This document shows positions 1 to 10,614 of a DNA stretch of 33,182 bases, one piece after another. This DNA comes from Trypethelium eluteriae (Eukaryota). The position numbers and the translations under genes are program-made. The first letter of the stretch is position 1. Each line of letters opens with the position of its first letter. Under the pieces are notes generated by a model. The model was not told the origin of the DNA and did no database searches. It saw nothing but the letters and a program-made list of their open reading frames with translations. The DNA is taken from NCBI GenBank assembly GCA_051942245.1, contig JAVECL010000245.1, forward strand, positions 1 to 33,182, read 5' to 3'.

Positions 1-21
1 AATCCGGTGGGGCGCATTTAC

Positions 22-180
22 CTCAATACCCCAGTCCCTAACGTGGTCCGCGACTTTCTTTGCTTCGGGCCACTCGAGCGGCGTGCCCGTTGCCCTACGG
101 TTGATGGCGTTAGTTGACAGCTGTTCGTTGTCTCGTCTCGAGCAGACATTGGTGATAAGGTGGTCTCACAAAAGGCCCAT
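22..180 (-). CDS. GSH1: Glutamate-cysteine ligase catalytic subunit, 5' part only (gene continues off the left edge)
   Basis: Not in the ORF track. Exons 180-170 and 94-22 splice (GTGAGA...CTAAC...TAG) to MGLLATGTPLEWPEAKKVADHVRDWGIE, the characteristic eukaryotic GCL N-terminus. The next donor, GTAAAT, starts at 21. Confidence 0.92.
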
Positions 181-587
181 ACCACGTCCTCTTCCTCCCA
201 ACGTGCCCTAAGACTTCGTTTCTGGTCGATCACCGTTCGCTCTGCAGGGGCAAGTCCTCGATGGGCTGCAAGATGCCGGCCAAGACTGTGTAACAGAAGA
301 GGGTGGGAGATTGGCGACAGGGATAGGCAAGCACGGCACCATGCGTATGAATGTTGATGAAGCGTGGAGAGAGAATTCGCATCAGTGTTCGATAACTATA
401 CTGCAAGTAGCCGGGAGACGGACCAGCCTTGGCTGCAGCCGCGCGTGATATCTTCTCTCGGAGAATTGGGAGGCTTCCCCGTGGGTAACACGCTTTGGTA
501 GTGCGTGGATTCGGGATGGCAGCTGGTACGGCGGCTTCCCTGCAGCGAAAGTCGCCTTCACGTCCTCTTGGCCAGGTCACTCTAGAC

Positions 588-710
588 TGATGTCACCAAG
601 GCGTGGTTGAGATGGCTTTTGTGCCTACTTGGTGTACATTTTGTTCTGCAGGGTAGGTCATTTGTAATTTTCCGGAGGAACAACCCCACCATTGCCTGGC
701 CATGACATCA
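588..710. promoter_or_regulatory. Inverted pair of CRE-like (ATF/CREB bZIP) octamers upstream of GSH1
   Basis: TGATGTCA at 588-595 and TGACATCA at 703-710, about 410-530 bp upstream of the GSH1 ATG. Each is one mismatch from TGACGTCA. Confidence 0.3.
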
Positions 711-2351
711 GCGGGGTCTAGGTTCGGTGGTTTCAGTAAGAGGTATTAGTTTCAACCCTCGTCTCATGAGTACCTAGATTGGTAGGAGTCTTTACGGGAG
801 CCCATCACCACCCTTCCCCCCCAAGATATGGCCGCATCGTTCCACTGCCTGACAGCCGTAGGGTCCCCTGGTTTGACAGCGAACTGCTATAACAGATTTC
901 ACATATAGTTTATTCTAACGCAGGCTCTGCGGCCCAGGCCCGGAACAAACCGCTCGCCCTGCAAACCTTCGTAGAGTTTACGCAAGACCGCCGCGATGTG
1001 ATTGGTACAGCGGCGATCCATTCTCTGGCCTGCACAGACATGCGGCAGCACATTCGGCGAGGCTCACGAAAAGCGACCGCTGCAGCCTCCCAGCAGTAGC
1101 GAAACCTGTCCTACCTCTTCCAATCATATCAGGCTTCCACGTGCGCCGGGGCCCTTCTCCAAAGCCCGTTGCTCTGGCACTTCCGTGTGTCACCTCCCAA
1201 TGTTAGACACAGCACATGGGGGGCCTGCAGCAGATGCCCATTACTGGGGATGGGCCATCAGACGCAACCGAGCAGCATCAGACGTGAACCTCGAGCTGGG
1301 GGATGCTAGTACTTCATGCAACGCCAATCCGCTTTTGATTTTGACAGCTGCGTCGTACAAAGTCGATCGCGACTAGGCTGCAGATCATTGGATATCCCTG
1401 GTGGCTCAGACCAAACTGTCATCTCCCTCGGTGATGCTACTCAAACTTCGCGGTTATACTGGAACATGGCATGACTTGTGCCGCGCCTTGCATTCACTGC
1501 GTCAAGCTGCCCTGAGTAAATGCAAAAAGGACGAATCAAAGAGTGATATCCGAAGCTATCGACTCACCAACCAGACTGGCTTCCCCTCCCCTCCCTCCGG
1601 GCAAGCCCAAGTTACGTACAAAGTATTTGTCTTGTCTCCGGAGAAAGCAAGCGACTCGTGAGGTGGTCATCTCCATGTCGTGCAAAGTAACCGTCTCCCT
1701 AGGCGAAATCCGGGCCTACTTGAGCCTAGACGTGACACGCCCCCTCCCCCCCTCCTCGTAACGATAATATGAAAAGAAAAGGAACACCCGTCCCATGATC
1801 GGGCTGCGGGGATTTAGGGAACCTAACAGCCCCAATGGGTATATCTGACCCCGATACCGCGCCAACGAAAAGCCCAGCAAATATTCCCCCCCCCCTAAAG
1901 CGAAATCCTTATGCAGACAGCCGCTGTCATTCATGGCGCCAGGCTAATACCCGCTCAAAGTGCTCAGAGTCAAGTAGATGATAACACGTCCATGAAAATG
2001 CCAATGCAAGCTGAAGCTTCTAGTAAAGCTTGCCAGAAATTAGTGAGGAAATGAAGAAAAGACCCTTGCTGTATTCGTAGAAGGTGACCATCCGTCCTCC
2101 GAAACGCCGTGTCATCAGTAGAACGCCGAACTTGGTGATCCCTCCCCCCCATTGATGATGAAGCTTTTGCTGGTAACCTACGGCCGCAACAGCGCCTGTT
2201 TATGTATACGTCTCCTGAAAGAGATTTTCCCACTTTTTACATCGCATCCTGTTAAAACGCCAATCGTTTATACCAGCGCCCTGCGAGAAATGCTCTTGTG
2301 GGAGTAGAGCAATCTCGAAATCACAAAGGGAATAGCAGAGTTGAGTGAATG

Positions 2352-4191
2352 TTATGTGGCAGGAGAGTTAGGACCAAGCTCTTTCGGTCGAAGACTCGAA
2401 CTGCCCACGTTGGCTTTGTTAGTGCCCATTTTGCGGGTTAATTTAGCGTAGTCTGTCTGCAATTAGTAAATCGAGCACATGTTGGTAACGAATTCAAGAA
2501 ACCTACGTAAGCCGCAAGCATTGCAAAGGGTACGAGCACCGTCAGGCCCTCTTCGCCATTCTGGCGTCTCTGCTCGGTTGCAACTATGACAACGGCCTGG
2601 AGGTGCGGCCCTCTATTACAAAATTAATTCGGATTCATTTTCAAAGTAGATCACTACTGCTGTGGAGTACTTACACCACGCCGTTTTTTGGAGTCCCCAC
2701 CCGCAAAACCTTGATGTTTTAAGTCATCGCCAACGCCGTTCTGATCAGCGTGCTCGTACTCATTAGCATCGTTGTATTGTCGCGCTTGTACTTGCTGGGC
2801 CAGGGCGGTCTGTTGCGTAATGACAACGTCTTTTATACGGGCTAAGGCTTCATTGAACTTCGAACTTCGCCGCTGCATATCCTCGATCATCGGAATCTCC
2901 GGTAAAGAGCCTGCAACTGGTCCGCTCCTTTGGGTTTGATGAGCTCGCTGTTGATAGGTGCGAGCAAAATCCTGTAGGATGGCACTATGTTCGGCAATCT
3001 GCTCATGTGATTAGAACCGTGACTCGCATTGAAGGAGAACTGGCAAGGACAAAGGAAGGAGAGGAAAATATCAAAAGAGTGGACATCGGAAAGCACGTAC
3101 TTCATTGAGAGAGGCCTCGAAGTCGAAGAATTCAAGATGACGCTTGACGGATTCGCCAAATGCCGGACCCCTGATACTCCCGGCTCTTTTGCTTTCCTCT
3201 GCCCGACTTAACACGTCAGATCCATCGTTTTTCCACGGTGGCTGGTAGCGATCGGAAGCTGAGTAGGTTGATGATTGATGGGGCGGATATGCAGATGTAG
3301 GAGTGCCAGCCGGATAGTTATACTGGGGTGGACGAGCATATCCATAGGGAAATTGCGGCTGGTGAGAAGATGGGGGTGTAGGGGGATGTGCTGAAGTATA
3401 TGCCGGAGATGAATGCTGAGTATAAGGCGCATAAGAGCCACTTTGCGGTGGAGGTGCAGACGGCATTTGTGGTGAGCGGGTCGTTTGCAAAGGATGCAAA
3501 GTCGGTAATTTCGAATTTGGCTGAGTTGGATAGGATGACCTTTGAGCCTCCACAGGACCGCCGTGCTGGTGTCCAGTGACAGAACGTGGTCGGTCGATTG
3601 TAGGGCTGCGTGGTGGATGCTGGGAATATTGAGATGATTGCTGACTGTGTTCCGAGATGTAAGATCTGCGGGCATGCTCGGAGGGAGATGGGAGGGGTTG
3701 TGACTGATACGATTGAGGCGCCGAAGTCGGAGCTGGTGGTGGAGGGGCGGAATACTGCAACGGCTGGTCGGCGCCCAGAGCCTCATGGATTGACGGAAGT
3801 GACTGTCGAGGGGCAGGTTTCTGGTCTTGTTCATCCTTCGGACTCCAACGAGAAGTAGGTGAGGACTTCATGCCCGGTAGGCCGGTTGCAGAACTGGTCG
3901 ACATCGAAGGAGTTTGGCTATACGGCGCTGAGGGACACGAATATGGGTACGAGGGGGTGGGGACTGCTGGCGTTGATAGGACATTTACGGAAGCCATTGC
4001 TGGACGTTGTTCCTGGGACCGCGACTCTTGAACGTGAATAATGTCACCGTCTCGACGATTGATGGGAGGTAATGCAGTGCTGCGATGGCAAAAATCAGTT
4101 CTCCGGAACCACATACGTCAAAGCCGGGCCGAATTATCGGGGAATAGACAAACACGGACCTGCGCTTGATGCCAGCATCCAATATTTCCAT
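2352..4191 (-). CDS. nsdD: GATA-type zinc-finger transcription factor of the NsdD/SUB-1/PRO44 family, ~513 aa
   Basis: Exons 4191-4160, 4079-3101, 2998-2675, 2612-2507 and 2452-2352 total 1542 nt in frame. The N-terminus is Pro/Ser-rich with LPSI/LPTL motifs, followed by [22 protein letters not shown]. The C-terminus holds the single C-X2-C-X18-C-X2-C finger [48 protein letters not shown]. The first exon ([11 protein letters not shown]) is less certain than the rest. Confidence 0.93.
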
Positions 4192-4803
4192 CACCTGAAC
4201 GACTGGAGAGAAAGATCTTTGAGCCCAGGCCTTGCGCACTTTCTGCCCTGTCCAATCCAGACTTTTATCGTGGCCAAGCGAATCTGTGGCTTCCCGACCT
4301 ACGAACGCAACTCTCCCCACGACCAGATCCAAAATTTCCCAGCTTTTTTTTTTTTTTTCAGCGTCGCACCAGCTCTTCAGTATCGCCGTTCTGCGATATT
4401 TTACTTGCTCTTTCGAAATGCCCTTCCCGTCAAAGTCCACAAGCTGAGACGATCCAGAGCGCTTGACTTGAAGTGATGCCGTACACTTCCAGAATTTGAA
4501 TAGAATGAGAAGTGTGGATGGTTTATAGATGGCTGAAGCAGCAGTAAGAATAGCACAGGGTAATTAATGCACGTGGTCATGGGTGGGTCGGAATAAAGGT
4601 GAAAGTGGACATCTGGAGAACAATTGCCACGGCAGATGTCGTAGGAATAGGGCTCGAGTGAGAAAAGCACCGAGTAACGAAGACTCGCAGCGGAGCTAGG
4701 CCTACGCAGGAGATAGCGCGTGACAGGGCTGGTGGAATGGGGCTATGGGGGGGGATATAATATGGGATGGGAGGATAGGAAGGGCGGAAAGGAAAGAGGA
4801 GAT

Positions 4804-4828
4804 GCAGCAGCAGCAGAAGCAGCAGCAA
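4804..4828. repeat. Imperfect (CAG)n microsatellite
   Basis: gcagcagcagcagaagcagcagcaa. Confidence 0.75.
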
Positions 4829-5088
4829 TAGGCGACGATTACGAGAGGTGTGGTGATGGTAGTAGTGGTTGCGGTTGTGGGCATGCTTAGTGGTCGTGGA
4901 CGAAGTCGTGCGTCGCGCGGCCTGCAGGAGGGGGAAGCGGGAATCGAGCAGGGTGCAGGCTGGCGTGCTTGGGTGCTTGGTGCCATTCAGTCGTGTCAGT
5001 CAGGGCGCGGTGGGCGGACGAGATTGACTGCGTGGTGATCGGAGATGACCCGCACCTGCGAGGGTGCAGATGCATCGAGGCGCAGGGG

Positions 5089-5182
5089 AGCCCTCTTAGC
5101 CCTCCTAGCCCTCCTAGCCCTCCTAGCCCGCTTAGCCCTCGTCGCCTTCGTAGCCCTCGTACTGTAGCCCTCGAAGCCCTCC
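5089..5182. repeat. 9-bp tandem repeat (AGCCCTCCT consensus), ~10 units
   Basis: AGCCC(T/G)C cores start at 5089, 5098, 5107, 5116, 5125, 5134, 5152, 5166 and 5175, with a degenerate unit at 5143. Confidence 0.85.
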
Positions 5183-5506
5183 TGGCCTCCTGGCCTCCTC
5201 AGCGCCCTAGGTGCTTCGCTGCTTCGCTGCTTAGCTGCTTGGTATCACCCAGGGCTCACACCATCTGCCGGGAGAGCCCTCTACACGCCCGTTTCCAGCC
5301 CAGTGACAAGGCCCTCGCACCTTCTTCGAGCTGCCAGCTGTCGCCCGTCTAGGCAGCTCCGACCGGGGCCTGGCGTCGATGATTGCCTCCTCCAGCAGTC
5401 TGCCTCTGCGCCGCCCTCTGCACCCGGCGGCGATTGACCGGCATGGGTGGACTGGCCATTTCGTCATCTCCCTGGCCAAGCTGCTACGGCTCCTCTACCC
5501 ACATAG

Positions 5507-5600
5507 GCATTATCAGCATCATCAGTAACATCATCATCATCGTCGCCCATCATGTCCATCATGTCCATCATCAGCACTCTGATAAGTATCATCATCATCG
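5507..5600. repeat. Degenerate (CAT)n microsatellite tract
   Basis: Runs of catcatcat, catgtccatcatgtccatcat and tatcatcatcatc. Confidence 0.75.
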
Positions 5601-7665
5601 CACGGCTCACGTACGCAGGTGTGCCACCCAAATCCACCACCGCGCCCCGATTCGCTCCTTCCGGCGATCAGATAATCGAGCATCGTAGAGCAGACCCATC
5701 CCGCACCCTCTGTCAAGCCAATGGCTGAGCTTCGCACTTAGTGGCTGTTAAGGTTGCGGGCGGCGGAAGTCACCGTCCGCTAGCCCGGACGCGTTATGTT
5801 GCTTTTTTGAATCTTTGATCGCCTACGCTCGAGTCTCGGGTTCCTGTCCAGGCTGTCCAGGCTGTGGTGCTGTCCAGCGCTCCACAGGCTCTGACATGCA
5901 GCCCCTGAGCCCCCAGGGTACTGCTATTCTCGGGTGATCAGGACATGACGGAGCCCCGCCCTGAGTCCCATCGGTGCAGCGAAGCCCTTTTCAGGACGGG
6001 GGGGCGTTGGGTGGAGGAGCAGGCGTATTGATTGGCGGTGCTAGTTTCGGTTGGGTACCAAGATCATCCGTACCACGAGCGAACGAACCGCGCCCCCAAG
6101 CTGCAAATCTCGGTTGGCTGAATCTGCCCAGATCCGGGTTGGCTGGAAGCCGTTAGCCTCAGATCTGCGAGCGTCTATTCCCGCCGTCCCGTGACTGCCA
6201 GAATCATCTTGCGCGCGCCCGACTCGCTCTGCCGACCGCTAGCACCCTTTTGCCGCTACACTCGGTAGTCAGTGGTGCACTTGTAAGTCAGGATGATGCA
6301 AAGCCCACTGCAGACCACGACGCCGTCGCCCACAGACGTGCCCATCCAGTCCCCACTATGCCCGGTGAAACCGACTTTGACCCTGTCCTGTCCCCCCAGT
6401 GCCCCCCCATCGAAGGTGGAATGCTGCCGTCCTTCGGCCAACCCTCTGCGCTGCAGCGCCAGGTCACGCCACTTTGGGCGCTAGTCGCTCTTGATTGGGC
6501 GGCTTGAATCGCTTGGTTCCTGCCGGTACCATGGCGCCGCTGCCGGGACACAACAGCAGGCCAGCCCCTATGTTGTGCCCAAGATCGGCTTCACCACCAT
6601 ATGTCAATTTTGCTTTTTGCCTGGCTGGGTGGGAACCAATTGCAAAAACATTCAGGGACACAACGGCGGATTCCCTGCCGGACCCGGTGCAGTGGCCAAT
6701 TTTTTCTGCTGCTGGCCGCTGTCACTGACTGGAAAGGAATAGCCAATACCGCCCGATCTCTGATCTGGCCCCGGTCGTACTGATTTTGGCTTCGGTGCAT
6801 GTGCTGCGTCTGTGGTCGTACAAGGCAAGAGGTGGCCAAGCTGGCCAGCTCTCTGAATGCAAAGCCCTGCGCCAAACCTGGACCAGGCCCGAATAAAGCA
6901 GCCAACACATTGGCATCTTGGGGAAGCAGTCCATAGATCTTGATCAGCGCCAAGACGACGAGAATAAACCAAATGACGAGCATATTGGATCTATCTCCTA
7001 AGCAGCAATGCAATTGCCCTAGTGTGATTCCACATAATCACCGTAATGGTAGGACTGGCTCAAAATCTCCTTCACCACGAGGCTGCGGCGGGCCAACGGC
7101 CTTCATTGTTCAGCCACGCGATTAGCCGGGATTTAGACTCGGCCAATCAACCAGCCTGGAGGTGGCCAAAGGCCATGTTTGGCCGTTGAAGGAACATGTG
7201 TCAAAGGGACCCTGGAGATCTTGTGCTCTGTACCGCCGTTGGGAACTCGTAAGCTGCGACGCAGCCCAGATTGCAGGTGGAAAATAATGCGTGCACAGAA
7301 ATGAAGCTCATGTGCCAATAATACTCGGTTCTTGATCAGGTCATCACGGCATGGCCGGTCTCGCCTACGCAGCGACCAAGGAGTATCCCCCCATCGAAGG
7401 CTGGCAGTTCCCTGTCTGACCCATGTACTCGGCCGATTCGCTGCCAAAACCCTAATTATCTTGCCTTTTAACAGCATAAGCCCCATCTCCATCGGCTTTA
7501 GCTACCTGATTTGGGCATGAAGCCAGACTCCCCAGAAACGCATCGGTGCATCCACGATGTCCACGATGTCCACGTGACCGTCTAATCGTTTCACAACCTC
7601 TTCCGCCGGGCCAGCAAAGTCATGTTTCACGCAACGCCGTTAGTGGTTCCTTCTGTGGACACGTA

Positions 7666-7687
7666 AGGCATCGATGCATCGATGCCT
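7666..7687. repeat. Perfect 22-bp palindrome built from GCATCGAT units
   Basis: AGGCATCGATGCATCGATGCCT equals its own reverse complement and is followed by CGATGCATCG. Confidence 0.9.
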
Positions 7688-10614
7688 CGATGCATCGGCA
7701 CCAACGTGCAGCCGACAAAGTTTGAGATGGGCAGACCAGACTTTGAAATAGAAAATAAGAGTCACAGCACAGTCGCACGAGCACAGAACCATGATACCGA
7801 GACACTGTCAAAAGTCAAAAGCAGGGGCCAAGGGGCAGTGACGGCTGCAATTCACCTGTCATGCCTCGATCTCTTCGATCTCTGTGTGAGATGACTCTGA
7901 AGCAGGAACATCGTGCTCTTTGGTACATACGCTCGTCCCCCGCATCTCAAGACTTGACCCGGAAAAAGTGTGTCGCAGTCCCTGCCTTGCTACTTGTAGG
8001 TCGGGAGTGAACCTTGTGCGATCTCTCATACTGGAGGCTCTTGAGTTCTTTGCCGAAATTGTCAAGCTTATGATTAACCTCATGGGCTAATGCAGACCTC
8101 ACTGCCGAAAACGAGAATTTGGACTATATGAGTTTCCGTTTTGAGTGTTGGGGCGGAACTGAAGCTTGCACTAACTAGCGAGGGTATGAATAAATCCCAG
8201 TCAGGCTTTACTCAAGACCTAGCACGGATTCGACGGCAGACTGCCTTCTCAACGTCTGCCTAGCCAGGCGAACCGATAGAGGAAGCCATGTACAATGATC
8301 CGCGTGCCGTAATGCACTGACATATTTGGAACCCGAGAATGGCAAATACATTTGGTCTCGTTACCGCCAATGTGATAACCACCGTAATAAACTATCCCTA
8401 GCCATCGCTCAGGGCTGTCAACAGGCACTCATCGGCCAAGAATGATGGTCGACAAGGTATGGCATCAAACTGATGACCAAGGGAGGCCTTGCAGACTTAC
8501 CCAGTATGGTTCACTACATGATTTGATCCAGCTCCAGCAGCGGTAGACCTTGCCTTCACAGTCCAATCATGATACTCCGTACTTGCTCCCAAATCTGTTA
8601 ATTGGAACCAAGGTACGGGGTAAAGCATGTTGCGCTAGAAAGTAATGGGTGAAGAATCAAGGGAAAACTACTTACCCAAGTCGTTATTCCCAGAATGACT
8701 GGTGGGAGACTTGTCACTTCGGCGCGTTACGAAGAACCCTCATTAGAACCCTTGGTTAGGCCGGTACCCCATACCTTAATCTCTAAATTAATATCCTGTA
8801 CCACATCGACTGGCATGTTGTTGTCGTTTGCGGAGATGATTCAAATGCAGACACTTCAACTTCACAAGTCCAGTGGCCAAACTGAATGATGTGCGCTTAA
8901 GGTGCTTTGCAAGCGTAAGGCGTTGCAAGTGTGGTACCTCGAATGACCGATTGTAAGTTCCTTGCGAGAGCCTGAGTCTTGATCCGGCTGTTCACAAACG
9001 AATCTGCTCCCTGGACTGGTCTGTCGCCTTGGTGAAAACCAAACCATGAGGGTAACAAGACTCTTTCTTTTAGCATTGGAGACTCACCCTGTTCGTCAGG
9101 TCGCTCAAATCTACGTACCTCAATGACCCAGCTTTCAGCTTGGTTTTCTTATCACAAAGGATGAAGATGACGAGGCTTGGCAAGAATCATTGGATGGCTA
9201 CTTATGTCCGGCCCGGATCTCCACATGACAACCACAACAGAATACCCAGGGTTGTGAAACATCACCAAAGTCGCTTATGCCGAGAAACGACAAATGATCG
9301 AGGAGGATCCACTCTTCTTGCATAAAATCGCTGCGCCGTATCTATCTCCAGCGCGAAACTCCAACAAGATCCGATCCGAGAGATGCAGACCCTGTCACCA
9401 TCAGCGATGCCACACTTGGACGAACTTCACAAAAAGCAATCACACTGCGCAGGATCATTCCCCTGGTCGCTTTGACTCGTACCTTGACCTTTTCCGTGTT
9501 GTCGTTGCTTTTATCCCGCCTATCTCTGAATTTGATCGCCTAACATCGGCTTCCCGCCAAATTCTGGAAGGATTTGCGAACGGTCCAACGGTCGCCTCAT
9601 TTCTGATTTGCTCATTTTACAATCCCACGTGAAAAGTCGTACGTTTTTATCCAGCCACCCAATACTGTAAATGGTCCGTGGGGTCATTCGGCAATAAGAT
9701 TCCTGTTGCTCCTACTATTAATAATCATCAAGCATGTGCCCCCTGAAGGATAGGCACTACTTCACCGTCTGCCTTTGCATTCACTATAATATGTATGCTA
9801 TAGCTCAGAAAAGGGGGCTCCTGAGTCAACGCAAGTCAACAATACTTCGCTATGCCCCAACGAAACTTGATTTGGTCTATCTTTCATATCCCCGTGGTCA
9901 TCAAAAAATAGTGTGGCTTGACCGCTCATCTGCTGTAGGCCTAGCAGCAATGAAAACCACGAACGGTTATGAATAGCATTGCTGGTGCAGGGACTTGGAT
10001 CCTTGCTATCTCGGTCTTTTATCCTACCTTATTCTGACGATTGTACACGCGAAATCATATTCTAAGCTCTCTAATAAGTTGCTTCAACTCGGCTGCCACA
10101 TCTTAACATTCGACGTCTTCTTTCGCGATGTATTCCTCAATTATATGGAATCAAACCGGGCTCACGTTGGGGCACCGAATTGGTTATATGACACACTAAT
10201 TAGATCAACAAGCCAATATATACTCGAAAGACCTGGAATGCACCATCAGTAGGAGATCGGGTATTCGGCTTTTGAGGATATACCTTTGTGGAAGCCCCTC
10301 AAGTGTCATCGCAATACTCGTGGAGATCTCACTGGACAAGCCTTTGCTTGCATTGAGAGTTCCCGACTGTCTTTGTAAGGATGCGAGTCCGATTCAACCT
10401 CTCTTTGTTCAGAGGGCATTTGTCTGTGACTACAAGGTATAGACGCAATTCATGCAACCTTTCGACTGGCCGATATAAAATTCAATCTTAAGTCAAGTCT
10501 GCTCTCCTTAATCTTTGCAAATCTCAAATTCCCCCAAACCATACAACTGTGCTGCGTTGAAACAATTCTCACACCACACCTTTCCCCGAATCACCTCCAG
10601 ATATAATATCCACC

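Larger units (their letters stand above)
4192..10614. promoter_or_regulatory. Long gene-free upstream region (5' leader and promoter) of nsdD
   Basis: About 6.4 kb with no convincing coding exon. It has CT-rich tracts on the minus strand at ~4690-4900, simple repeats, and clusters of GATCT and CGAT motifs. Confidence 0.65.

Noticed and set aside
2155..2218. ATGATGA...CTGA resembling C/D box snoRNA ends
   Set aside because: It is short, has no convincing terminal stem or rRNA guide I can recognise, and lies antisense to the likely nsdD 3' UTR.
5089..5182. Tandem repeat as a CRISPR array or interstitial telomere
   Set aside because: The context is eukaryotic, the unit is 9 bp with no unique spacers, and it is not TTAGGG.
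7448..7455. AACCCTAA as a telomerase RNA template within the long intergenic region
   Set aside because: A single 8-mer is expected by chance in 33 kb, and I could not identify a pseudoknot or CR4/5-like element. An Infernal search with an ascomycete telomerase RNA model would settle it.
4577..7520. Many 60-140 aa ORFs in the nsdD upstream region, including the His-rich ORF 5383-5688
   Set aside because: They overlap in all frames, often start at GTG/TTG, derive from microsatellites or GC-rich sequence, and show no recognisable motifs.
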